A DNA stretch of 62,371 bases, filler included, from Globobulimina sp. (Eukaryota), in NCBI GenBank assembly GCA_003354225.1. It is 33 parts of 33 records of this genome, joined end to end, with 100 filler letters (N's around TTAATTAATTAA, not from the genome) between each part and the next. Parts side by side here need not be neighbours in the genome. Positions count along the whole stretch, not along the records: positions 49,228 to 51,019 come from PIVH01011892.1; positions 51,120 to 52,911 come from PIVH01011893.1; positions 53,012 to 54,803 come from PIVH01011894.1; positions 54,904 to 56,695 come from PIVH01011895.1; positions 56,796 to 58,587 come from PIVH01011896.1; positions 58,688 to 60,479 come from PIVH01011897.1; positions 60,580 to 62,371 come from PIVH01011898.1; 26 more parts are not named here. One strand, given 5' to 3'. This document shows, piece by piece, positions 49,478 through 60,795 of the stretch; positions within the stretch are counted from its first letter, which is position 1, and each line of letters opens with the position of its first letter. The translations under genes and the position numbers were made by a program. The notes under the pieces are model-generated. The model ran no database searches. It saw only the letters and a program-made list of their open reading frames with translations, and was not told where the DNA came from.

Positions 49478-50665
49478 TTAGTGTCCTCCAAAATGCTTCC
49501 TTTGCGCATTGGGACAATCCTCCGTTGAATGCCTATTTGCAATGCCGCACGTTTCACAATAATGCGGATAATAACATCGCCGAAAATTATACTCATCCTT
49601 ACACCGTAAATATGAGTTAGCGAAGAAGCGGCATGCCTCAACACCAAAGTATTCATCTTTTATGCATGTCGTACCATGCTTATCGACATAAAAATCATTT
49701 CTATTCTCACGACGCCGCTCATTGTTATATGTATCTGATCGATGATTATCATTTCGTCGATCCTTACGATCATCATTTCGCCGCTCATATTTCGTATCAT
49801 TCTCTCGTTTTTTATACCTATCAAACCTTGGCCGCGCATTGTAATTCAATCTGTTTTGCCTTCTTCGTTTGAATGGTCTGTACGGAGTGTCATTGCCTCT
49901 ACGTCTGTTACCATACGGTTTGTTATTTTTATCTTTCCTTCGTAACTCATTCAACTTCTTTTTCAATTCTATCGGACAATCTTTCCTCCAATGATCTCCA
50001 CCGCACGTAAAACAATCTACTTTTGCTTTTTTATCTTTTTGTTGTTTATATTCAGATTTATGGTCATTCTCAGTTTGTTGCTGCACCAAAGATTCACCAA
50101 AATTCATTTCCTGCACTGTTTCCATGGACAAGTCCTGTAAAACCAATACTGGCTTATCCTGCGATTTACGCATTTGTCTCCAATGATAATTAAAATCCGC
50201 GCAATTCCATGGAAGTCTCGATAAGTTGCTATGTTTTCTAAATTTGTTCAAATTAAATGCAATTGCAGTAATTTGCCAAAATTGTGCCGGGGTCACAGTT
50301 TTATCATTCATTAAATCAATCAAATTATTATTGACAAATTCTCTCATTATCTGAAATCTGCCCATTATAAATGCAATCAATCTGCCTTGGTTTGGATTAC
50401 TCGCTGCATTTTTCATTAATAAATCAGTCACTCTCTGTATCAAAGTTCGCCAAAATATCATAAAATTGGATTTCTTCTTTAAAAATGCCTTCATTGCATT
50501 TTTTAACGAATCACCCCAAATTAGATGCAATTTCCAGTATGAAATCCATTGAAATTTAATCAAATAAAAAATCGAACCATATCCATCCACCAAGAAATGT
50601 ACCAATTCATTCAATGCCATGTCAATATCTGTCTTTTTCGCAATTAAAATGCCATCAGATTTCAT
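49478..50665 (-). mobile_element. Gag-like ORF, probably from a DIRS/Ngaro-type retroelement
   Basis: CCHC knuckle CFTCGGDHWRKDC, Arg-rich linker, terminal CRFF...C...C.YPH.C..CG...H....C. Confidence 0.55.
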
Positions 50666-51119
50666 TTTCTTTGTGTTAAACGCTCTTACTTTTTATTTTA
50701 TATTTTTTAATACATAATTAATATAATACATATTATTTAGGAGTAGTATACAAATCACGCGACTTCCATTTACATTTATTTATTACTGCACCAACAATAA
50801 CATAAATGCAGGGTAAATCAAGCCATTTTTATTAATGCTATCCACAACAATGGATTAACGACAATGATATGTCTCAAAATCCACAAATATCTCAGACTCG
50901 CAACCAGTGAGAGATAAATGCAAAATAACATATTATTGAATGGAAATATCATAATTCGGAGTTTGTAAACAATCAAAGAATGCCATCCCATGTCAACCAA
51001 CATATAAACGCAAGGGAGANNNNNNNNNNNNNNNNNNNNNNNNNNNNNNNNNNNNNNNNNNNNTTAATTAATTAANNNNNNNNNNNNNNNNNNNNNNNNN
51101 NNNNNNNNNNNNNNNNNNN

Positions 51120-51448
51120 TTTTTTAACTTTGCAAAGTATTCACATTTTGTAGTATATGTATTCAATGGCGCACAGACAAAGTCCTTTGCGGTGTCGTAA
51201 TTATTGGATCTCGATCTGTGCGCATGATGTTTTTTATGTTTTTGTTGTTTTTTATTTACTTTTATATTAATCCATTGGTCATATTTCTTGTTCCAACCTT
51301 CGAAATGCACTTTAATTTGTTTTTTATCTCGATTTATCTTTAATATTTTGCAAATACTCCAATTCTCCTCATCACGCACATCTATTTTATCTCCAACCTG
51401 CAGCTTTTCCATCCATTCACCGTCATTCTTGTCATCTGTTTGTGCCAT
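51120..51448 (-). CDS. Tudor-knot/MBT-like domain protein, 5' part
   Basis: LQVGDKIDVRD...KVHFEGWNKKYDQWI. Confidence 0.8.
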
Positions 51449-51591
51449 TATTATACTAATATTCCGAGCAGAATTTGTTGAGAGTTTTATCAAAAAACAC
51501 GTCAACGAATCATCGTCATAGACACGAATTTGCCAACTGTTATTCATTCAAAATCCCATAAACAAAACTCATCGAACAAGCGCTAGCTAGC

Positions 51592-52911
51592 ATGTCTTAC
51601 GATGCTCTATCTTTATTTCAAAGTTTGTATTCATTTGATTTCATATTGGAAAGCTTGCAACATTCTGTTGAATGTGATTAATGTGCAACAGATTTGCAGC
51701 CCGGCGATAAGATTGACGTTCAGGACCAAGAGGGCGATTGGTTTGAAACAATTGTTCGCAAAGTCATCGGCAGCAAAATAATATGCCATTTCTGGGGCTT
51801 TGCAGATATTTGGGATTGTACCATCGAATACAATCCATCCAAAATCGCGCCGGTTCATACATATTCTGAGATTTCCAAATTCAAAGACAATGAGAAATTA
51901 TTAGGAGAATGTGTCTGGCAAATACTGTCTCGCAAAAACATGCTAAATACGAACAAGCAATGCAGCCCTCGCTCATTATTGCAAATCCAGCAAGAAACTG
52001 GCATTGCCACTCAGAATATGCAATCTTTCTTGGATACCATGGATGCGCCGGATCATATTGTTATGTTTCTTTTTTTTTATTCGAATCAAATTAAATATCA
52101 TTATTCATCATATTTTTACATATAACCTTTGTCCATTTGCTGCAGCACGACAACAAACATATTGTTTTAACGCAATTTCGCAAAATGCATTCCATTGCGA
52201 TAGATTTAATTTTATTTTATCATCATTTGTTTCTCAAAAAATAACCAGATTGTTTTCCATCGATACATAGCATATCAAATTGTGTAAATACGTGCAAAAA
52301 TATGTAATCGCGCATGGTTTGAACCTTCGCATTCAAGAACTTGTGGAGAATGGAGCAGACTGCTTTGGCTTTGACGAGGAAATACAAACTAACCTCCACA
52401 CCATCGACAATATGAACAATATCAAATATAAAATCTCGCAAAGTATCCACGAAATTGAGCAAAAAAAACAAAGCATCTCCGGCAACGCAGCCGGTAACGC
52501 CCAGCAAATCGCACCATTGAATCTCACCAATTTGTCCAAAATCGACTTGCCAGACATCGCAGACATCGCATTGCGAAACAAACAAACTTTTATGGACTGC
52601 TCGACAACCAACACAAACACGACCAACACAGACAACAATTCCTGCGATTCGCAGTACATCGACCATTCCAACAAAAAAAGCAAAAACTCACGCAAAAGAA
52701 AGCAAACTGTACCCTCCAAAAAAGCGAAAAAAAGTTAATTAACTGCTTCTTTGCCGTTGTCAAACACTGCCAAATGCAGCTTTCTTTCGGTGCGTTTTCT
52801 AGGACACAAAGCCGCGATGATTCCCTCTATGATCGACGACCGAGACCGTGGTATCAAGACCAAAGTGTTGGTGACCAAATATGACGCGGACGCTGTCAAG
52901 AAATCGTGGAT
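51592..52911 (+). CDS. Multi-exon Tudor-knot/MBT-like domain protein, 5' part
   Basis: Intron 51623-51691 joins ATG 51592 to LQPGDKIDVQDQEGDW...CHFWGF; later exons at about 52270-52740 and beyond 52800. Confidence 0.65.
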
Positions 52912-53035
52912 NNNNNNNNNNNNNNNNNNNNNNNNNNNNNNNNNNNNNNNNNNNNTTAATTAATTAANNNNNNNNNNNNNNNNNNNNNNNNNNNNNNNNN
53001 NNNNNNNNNNNCTGTACGTGTTTCATAATATATTT

Positions 53036-54803
53036 TTAATATTGATATTGTTTTATAGCACACCTTTTTTCTTCCTGTTGCTTGACCAATTTTGCTTCTC
53101 TTTCCTCTTCTTGTTTGGCGAGAGCTTGTTCTTTGCGTTGCTGTTCCCGCTCCTTTCGAGCCAATGCTTGTTTGCGTCGCTTTTCTTCATTCAATCGCTT
53201 CTTCTCAGCACGCTCTTGTTTGCGTTTCAAGCGCTGTTGTTCGCGTTCAATGGCTTTTTGCTGCACCACTCTCTTTTTTTCGAGCTCGTCCGTCTTCCAT
53301 TTATCTTCCACGATGGTCAATAATTCCTTAATTCGCAAGGAATAATGTCGCCGATTGGGAGCCACATGCGACATACAGATAAAATCAATGAATTCCTGCT
53401 TGGTTACAAACGGCCGATGTTTCCTTGGTAAGCATTGGAATAATGCACGAACACTGGACGCACGTAAATAGCTCTGACATTCGGATAAACCTTTCACAAA
53501 ATCATCGTAATTCATACTGGGATGTTCATCCAATAAATCAATATCCGGCTCGATGACCTTCTGCATCATCGTCCAGACTCTGGCCGGCGACATTTCATTC
53601 AACGCCGGATTATAAGTCAGCTTCTTCCAATTATTTGGTATCGGATCGTATTCCTGATAGATTTTAATGGTTTTCATACCGGCTTTTTTCAACTGTTGCT
53701 GTTCCCAATATTTTTCAATACCAAGTGCTTTCCGCACATGTTTGGCCTTCTTTTTCTCCATTTTGTTGCTTAATATATCCTCTCCCACCGATGGCGAAAA
53801 TGTGTATATTCTCCATAACACTTCCTCTCCCAAATCAGCTATCTCCTGTTTTTCATGCGAACACGCAAAGACTGGCACGGCCGCAATCCGCTGCCATGTC
53901 TTACTGTTCTGGATGTTGTATCTATCGATGGCCACCAACAGCAACAGCAGCAATTGCTGCAACGGCACAAACGACCTATGCTTGTAATGCGAGCCACTGA
54001 TCAAAGCCGACAGTTCCTTCAGCAATAAGTCCTGCTGTTTGGTGGGACACTGAATCACCACTGTTTTCATCAAATGCATGGCGGATTGCACCAACACTTT
54101 GGACTCCAGCATCGTTAGCAACCTATCACACTCTTTCAGGATGATATTGATAGGCTTCATGCTCGAATACATAATGTCCGAACGCAATATGCATATCTTA
54201 GCAGCGCCAATCAGCACTTCGCCCTGAAACCATTCGTACTGAAACAGCTTGATTTTGCCCACCGTGTCCGATATCAAGTCCTTGAACTTGGAGATGATTT
54301 CGCCGCTGTGCTTATCCGACGGAGGGATAAAGTCCACATTCAACAGCGAACAGATGATGGCGCGGTACTCTTGCAAGCCATGGCAAGCGCCGACAAAGCT
54401 GTTGCCGTGGTCGATGGTGTACAAATACTCGGCTTTCTCTCCAAACTGCTTCAGCCACAGCACACGTTGCGTGAAGTCGCCGTGCCAGTCGTCCTCCTCC
54501 GCCAGGCTGTCATCGTAGAAATGTCCGCCCAGTAATAAGTAATAAAAGTCATAGACTGCGCTGTTCCGCTTTTCTATGTCTTTGTTGCGGCACAAATTTA
54601 AGCCATTGATAAAGTCAATGATGGTCACGCCGGCCGTATGCGCGTAGCCTTTGTAATTATAAACCGGATCGTTGTCCAAATCTGCTTTCTTTTCGTCGGT
54701 TTGCTTCATATCACTGACATACTCGTCATAGATCTGTTTGCTTATGATCTTTGACACCAATAAGTTGTCCCAAACAATGTCGATTTTGGCATCCTTCCAC
54801 TCC
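53036..54803 (-). CDS. Internal part of a large HEAT-like/EF-hand-like/coiled-coil protein
   Basis: At least 574 open codons; VTKQEFIDFI; K/E/R/Q-rich helix. Confidence 0.7.
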
Positions 54804-55061
54804 NNNNNNNNNNNNNNNNNNNNNNNNNNNNNNNNNNNNNNNNNNNNTTAATTAATTAANNNNNNNNNNNNNNNNNNNNNNNNNNNNNNNNNNNNNNNNN
54901 NNNACAGTTATTTGCCAAAATATACTAAATAATTGAATTAAATAAATCTGGCAATACAAGGCTGACAAAGAGTATATGTTTCCACATAATATTCGGTCAG
55001 GAAAGAAATCTTTTTCTCAGCCTTGCATGTATCACAGCATTATATTAATATATATATTCAA

Positions 55062-56461
55062 TTATGTAAGCTGACACCACCTTAAATTTGAAATATAAAC
55101 ATCAGCACTTTCATTATCATCACAAATGGATAAATAATTTGTGTTTATATCACTATAATCTCTTCGAATAATTTCAACAATGCCAGCCGCCATCATCGAT
55201 AAACTCGCAAATATAAATCCGCAACCTATTTTTTGTAACATTGTAACTTTAAAATTATATTTATTTCGTAACAATGGAAATAAACATTTATCAAATAACG
55301 GAATTAATGTTAATATTGGCATTATACTAAATAATGTTAATCCGGCAATTGGAAAATTCATATCAAGCGACGAAAGTCTATAATTTAATTGACATCCTTG
55401 TGCATATATTAATGTATTTAATTGCGACCAAACACTCGCATAAATAATATAACAAATCCAAAACGGAAATATCGATAAAATGTTCTTGAATTTGTTTTTT
55501 GTATTTGCAACCAATTCAAAATTAAAAAAATATTACATACCTTGACATCACGCATTTCGTTTGGTTGATATTGCGATAGTTTCTGTTTTTGATTGAATAA
55601 CATATAAAATAATATTTTAATAAATTTTAACAAAATGCTTCCTTTCGGTTTAAATTTATAATATATGTTTGCAGGTAATATAAATATAACCAATCCCAAT
55701 AAAATTGCAATGGCTGGGATAGAATAACCAATTCCAAAACTTATATCTTGACATAAATATGCAATGACTCAATAAGCTATTAATGTCCCGGTGTTATTAC
55801 TAAAATATCTCCATTGGAAGAATGATTCCTTATATTTGGATAACTTACTTTTTCCGTCTTCATTGTACATGTTATTGTTACTACCATCCATTGTTTTATA
55901 TTCTGATTTTATTAATATTGCTTGTTTTGAATTTTTTGCATGAAAATCAAATTGTTCTGCACCTAAACTACCATTATTTGGACCAATGCCACCTGCACCA
56001 AATGCAACTAAATACAAAGCAAACCAAAATAATATTTCTTCCGTTGAGGTTACATTTTCTGCACTTTTTGAGGACACTTGAATGGATATAATGGCGACAC
56101 CAATAGTACCAACTAAATATATACATAATCCAAGTATAATTGTTTTAAATCTTCCTAGAAATGAATCAGCGACGACTGCTCCAAGGATTGTAACAAAAAA
56201 ACGTGTTCCTGTAAATAATGTTGTATTTATAGAGGCGTCGGCTTTGGATTGATTTAATTCCGTTTGTAAAAATAAATTTAAATTACCAGAGATACCATAA
56301 TATGCCAATCCATTGCAAAATGTTGTTAAAATAGTTGCGGTGACGGCAAACATTAATTTTCCACTCAGTGATGAAGAATGTTTCCATTCATTACTAGTAA
56401 TTATAACATCTGTATTAGATAATAATGTTTGTGTTTGTTGTGTTTCATCCACAGATTTCAT
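55062..56461 (-). pseudogene. POT/PTR2 oligopeptide transporter, probably inactivated
   Basis: LAYYGI, GAVVADSFLGRFKTI, GAGGI...GAEQF, LQKIGCG; in-frame TGA 55769-55771, ExxER motif lost, truncated C-terminus. Confidence 0.75.
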
Positions 56462-57283
56462 CTTAAACGCTTTTGAACTAATATTAGCGGGAGCGAATAT
56501 TGTGAAGTGGAAAAAGACATTGTATAATTATTATTGAAGATGTGTAACACTTAAGTTTTTTGCAAAATGTATCAATACAATAGGGTTTTTGCTTTTAGTT
56601 CATTTCTTCAATGAACGCTTTGATAATTGAAGAAAAAAAAACTTTTGTCATTTAGAAACATAACATTTTGCTTTCGTCATGGCACTCAGCGAATTNNNNN
56701 NNNNNNNNNNNNNNNNNNNNNNNNNNNNNNNNNNNNNNNTTAATTAATTAANNNNNNNNNNNNNNNNNNNNNNNNNNNNNNNNNNNNNNNNNNNNGCACA
56801 CAAGGTATGGACACAATTGCAACATCACTATTATTTGCTAAAAATGGAGGAGTTCTTTCAGAATATTGCACATAACAACACGTTCCATCTTGCAAACACA
56901 TTCTTTAATAATATATTCCATTTGCAATTGGAAAACAATGACATATTGTCGCAACAGATGAAATACAGAAATATCACCGCAAACAAATGGGAGATAGGAC
57001 AATCGCATCCAGTTCAATTGAGACCATTGGAATCAGTCAATTATATTCTTCAAAATTGCAAGGAATTTATGACTTTTGTTGGCTACAAAAACATTTAATA
57101 CCTTGTAATTGTAGTTTTTAGTCTTGCTGCTATGTGGTTCTTCATACAAATGATTGTTTGCAAAAATGGTGTTTTTATTTAACATACAAATTGATAAAAA
57201 CAGATGAACAGAAAACGAATGTAGATGATGATGGCATTATATATTGTTAGAACAATGAAAAACAAGCAAATTAACAACCGATA

Positions 57284-58369
57284 TCAGAGATGTTCCCACC
57301 ATTGCTTCCCAATAGCAACATGTGAGGGCGCTGCATCTAACCCAAAAACAATCCGATACCCACCTCCATTCTCCACATTATTCAATGCCACCTCGATTTT
57401 TTTATTTGCAATGTTTGTGACCGACATCACTTTCTTCCTCAAATCCAATCTCAAAGTAAACATTTTCCTCTTAACCTCAACCGAATCTTCTTCAAATACC
57501 ACATTGTTCCCACAATCACAAACAAAACAACATACATCATGATCATGGACAATATTTTTATAATCATACAAGGATAGAAACGCATGTTCATAGCAATACG
57601 TTTTCGAAACAATTCCAATACTGACCTCTCCTTCGGCTATCTCAAAGTTACAACAATATTTTACACTCTTTGCAATCATAACTGCAGTGTTTAAGATTGG
57701 TCCAAATAATGCTGTCGCACTGCTCGATTTGAGTGCATATGGACATCTTTTGCCTGATTCGTGATAAAAAGCGTGTTGTACTGATGTGTCTGTCTCTGAA
57801 TCTGTATATAATTCCATATGATTTTCATAAATACCCATTCGAACTGGAAACTCATCAAATTTGAAAGCGGGATCACATGCAAACTTCGACATGTTATGGA
57901 ACAGAGCCTCATCCATTTTGGAATAGATATTTGGTCCGCAGATGTTTCTGCATTTATTTGATGCAATTAAATAAGCATCACATGGATATAAAAAGTTTGC
58001 TGACTCTATGTCTGTATTTGCCGGGACAGCGTTGGTTGTAATGGTTGCTAATTGTTTTGGTTCGGACGAGGGAGCTGTGGATATATTTGGTGGTTGGAAA
58101 CTTGCGATAAATGGATGCGTGAAGTTTGGTCGCTGCTCATAATAATTGTTATTCGTCGGCTTCATGCGGTTTAAATGATTGGGCGCAAAATTATGGTGCC
58201 TGAATTGGCATTGATTGCCATATCGACAGCCAGAACATGAGGATACATTTCTGCACAAGGGCACGTATTGCGGGTTACTATGTGAATAACGACAGCTATT
58301 TCCATATCTGCAACCTTGGGCACTTCCATAAAATATGCAAGGTGCTGCAGTTTGTTGTTTAAACGACAT
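57284..58369 (-). CDS. Tandem CCCH zinc-finger protein with SPRY-like C-terminus
   Basis: CIFYGSAQGCRYGNSCRYSH and CRNVSSCSGCRYGNQCQFRH. Confidence 0.8.
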   Translation of the reverse strand: MSFKQQTAAPCIFYGSAQGCRYGNSCRYSHSNPQYVPLCRNVSSCSGCRYGNQCQFRHHNFAPNHLNRMKPTNNNYYEQRPNFTHPFIASFQPPNISTAPSSEPKQLATITTNAVPANTDIESANFLYPCDAYLIASNKCRNICGPNIYSKMDEALFHNMSKFACDPAFKFDEFPVRMGIYENHMELYTDSETDTSVQHAFYHESGKRCPYALKSSSATALFGPILNTAVMIAKSVKYCCNFEIAEGEVSIGIVSKTYCYEHAFLSLYDYKNIVHDHDVCCFVCDCGNNVVFEEDSVEVKRKMFTLRLDLRKKVMSVTNIANKKIEVALNNVENGGGYRIVFGLDAAPSHVAIGKQWWEHL

Positions 58370-58718
58370 GATTAAAATAATAAAAAACTTCACACACAAA
58401 TGTAATAAACAGAACGAAGGTTTCATTAAACTGAGACAACTGTTTTTGTTTTTTGTGTAGTGATTTTTTCTTTCTTTTTTCCCACCCTAAATAGATTGGT
58501 ACCAATAATTTTCCAACCCTTCATTACGTTTTTTTATCCAAATGGATTCCAGAATTTTTGTGTTCTTTTGTGTTCTTTTGGAGGTAANNNNNNNNNNNNN
58601 NNNNNNNNNNNNNNNNNNNNNNNNNNNNNNNTTAATTAATTAANNNNNNNNNNNNNNNNNNNNNNNNNNNNNNNNNNNNNNNNNNNNCTAGGTAAACGCG
58701 TTTATTTTTCATAAGATA

Positions 58719-58747
58719 AGTCTACACTTTCGGTTAGCCTTTTGCAA
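58719..58747 (-). promoter_or_regulatory. Sigma70-type promoter for an ORF starting at 58712 (MKNKRVYL...)
   Basis: TTGCAA-17nt-TAGACT, with ATG 6 nt after the -10 box. Confidence 0.5.
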
Positions 58748-58818
58748 AAAAAATTAAAATGGAGTCACACATGTTTCCAGCAGATTAATGTCCGGTGTTT
58801 AGTATTTTGAGGTTGACA

Positions 58819-60237
58819 CCAGTATATTCCAATAGCTAAATGATACCTGAAATGTATCTCAATATTGGTGATGTTTTTGCTAATTTTTAACTTTTAAAAC
58901 TTGTAAATAATTTTGTTTTGACTTTTTTCATATTCTCAGCAAATTCATTGTCACTTTCAGCATAAGCGATTTTGTCCAAAATTTCAAACGAAACACCTTT
59001 TTTCAGTTCAGCATCATCTAATGATTTAAGTTTATCATAAGGTGTCATGTAATTGTCTTTCGGATAAGTTTTTCTAATCTTTCCTTTTCTGTCAATTTTT
59101 TCAATTGGAAAAGCACAAACTCTGTGATAATTTAGATAAACATTAAAATACTTTTTGTAGAAATCATTTATCTCGCGAGCATACTTTTTGTGTATGTAAT
59201 TCCTTCCAATATGTTTCCTAATTATTGATCCGTTTTTACTTTCTACCAAAGCATTGTCATTTGTTTTCCTCGACCTTGATTTTGTTTGTTTGATTAAAAG
59301 TTTGTTCAATAATTTAGCAATAATTTTGTTAATGTATTCACTGCCGTTATCTGAATGGAAGTTATGTATTTTATACGAAAATTGCTCTAACAAATCTTCA
59401 AGTAAAGGTTCAAGAAAATATTCACTGATTCCTTCCACACAACCGAGAATTTCCCACTGAACAACCTCGTCCACAATATTGATATGGTAAACACCCTTTT
59501 TCTTGTCTTTATCCCCTTGGTGGACGGAATCTACCCTCAAATAGCCCTGTCTTCCATTTGGTTGCGGTTTCTTCCTTTCCCCGATACTTACTTGTGTCGC
59601 TTGGGTTTTAGTGTAATGCATCGCCTCTGATGAGTTGTATTGACGGTTGTCATTTCTGATATTGTACAAATGAGAAACGGAGATTTTGGAAATGTTTTCA
59701 TATTCATCTTTGCTAAAGATTCCAAACTCTCTTTCCATGATTGTTTTTGTCGCGTTCCCGTTCAAATATTTATGAGCAGAGTCCGTTTTAATCAACAAAG
59801 CAACGTCATTTGCTTCATACTTTCTTTTAAATGAAGTTTCTGTTCTTTTTCTGTCAGACCACTTCAGTCCTTTGGCTTTCCATTCTTTGACCAACCGCTT
59901 CATTTGAGGGTTTGAGTATCCGGTAATTTTTTTCAGATATCTCAATATGATACCTCTGTCTTTCTTTTTTGCTTGGTTGTATTTAAACAATATTAATGTA
60001 TCGCTGATAAGTTTGTACTTGTCTTTTGCCGATTCAACAGTAAAATCAGCCACACGACTTCCTTGTAAAAAGCTCTCCATTTCCTCTATACTCTCTATAC
60101 ATATATTTTTCATAATGATATTCATAACACCACTATGGAGATATATGTTTTCTTTGCAAATGACCTCTTTTTCAGGGGTCATTTGCGTTAGAAACAAGAA
60201 GTCATTTCAGGTATCATGAGCCATTGGACAAGACTGG
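58819..60237 (-). mobile_element. Complete bacterial insertion sequence (rve/DDE; ISNCY/IS481-related), about 1.42 kb
   Basis: Imperfect 35-36-bp terminal IRs with a perfect 15-bp core ATGATACCTGAAATG (58840-58854 / 60203-60217) around one transposase. Confidence 0.85.
58887..60125 (-). CDS. DDE transposase (integrase core domain)
   Basis: GYLRVDSVHQGD, FHSDNGSEYIN, NDNALVESKNG; intronless. Confidence 0.9.
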   Translation of the reverse strand: MNIIMKNICIESIEEMESFLQGSRVADFTVESAKDKYKLISDTLILFKYNQAKKKDRGIILRYLKKITGYSNPQMKRLVKEWKAKGLKWSDRKRTETSFKRKYEANDVALLIKTDSAHKYLNGNATKTIMEREFGIFSKDEYENISKISVSHLYNIRNDNRQYNSSEAMHYTKTQATQVSIGERKKPQPNGRQGYLRVDSVHQGDKDKKKGVYHINIVDEVVQWEILGCVEGISEYFLEPLLEDLLEQFSYKIHNFHSDNGSEYINKIIAKLLNKLLIKQTKSRSRKTNDNALVESKNGSIIRKHIGRNYIHKKYAREINDFYKKYFNVYLNYHRVCAFPIEKIDRKGKIRKTYPKDNYMTPYDKLKSLDDAELKKGVSFEILDKIAYAESDNEFAENMKKVKTKLFTSFKS

Positions 60238-60240
60238 GGC

Positions 60241-60268
60241 TTGCCTTTAAAATGGCTTAATATATAAT
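60241..60268 (+). promoter_or_regulatory. Sigma70-type promoter of the HU gene
   Basis: TTGCCT-16nt-TATAAT upstream of ATG 60321. Confidence 0.55.
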
Positions 60269-60320
60269 TAATGGAAGATAATGAAAAGGTCGAAATTAAG
60301 AGTTATAAAAATCAAAAAAT

Positions 60321-60479
60321 ATGAACAAACAAGGAATTGTTGATGCTGTAAACGAAGTTCTTGGTGGAACAAAAGTTTCAGCTGAAAAAGCTGTTGATAC
60401 AGTATTTGATACTATCGTAGCTAGCATGAAAAATGATGATGCTGTGTCTGTTGCAGGATTCGGAATTTTCGAAGCTAAG
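60321..60479 (+). CDS. hup: Bacterial DNA-binding protein HU, 5' part
   Basis: MNKQGIVDAV...TK..AEKAVD.VF..I...VSVAGFGIFE. Confidence 0.92.
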
Positions 60480-60795
60480 NNNNNNNNNNNNNNNNNNNNN
60501 NNNNNNNNNNNNNNNNNNNNNNNTTAATTAATTAANNNNNNNNNNNNNNNNNNNNNNNNNNNNNNNNNNNNNNNNNNNNGATCTTAAAAATAATCATTTA
60601 TCATAGAAAAATACCATAGTTGCTATTAAAAATAATAGTAATAAAAATAATAGATCTAGATATATTGGGTACATATCATAGGGACAAATTAAAAGAGTGA
60701 ATAGTGAATACTACTAAAAATAGAAAGGAAATAAAGTTTGAAAGAACGAAATGAAAAAACAAAGAGAAATACAAATCAAATCCATAAAAACATTA

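Noticed and set aside
34651-55771. TGA reassignment suggested by two in-frame TGAs
   Set aside because: TGA appears to end other genes (16105, 44020, 49041, 57284) and the PTR copy shows other decay
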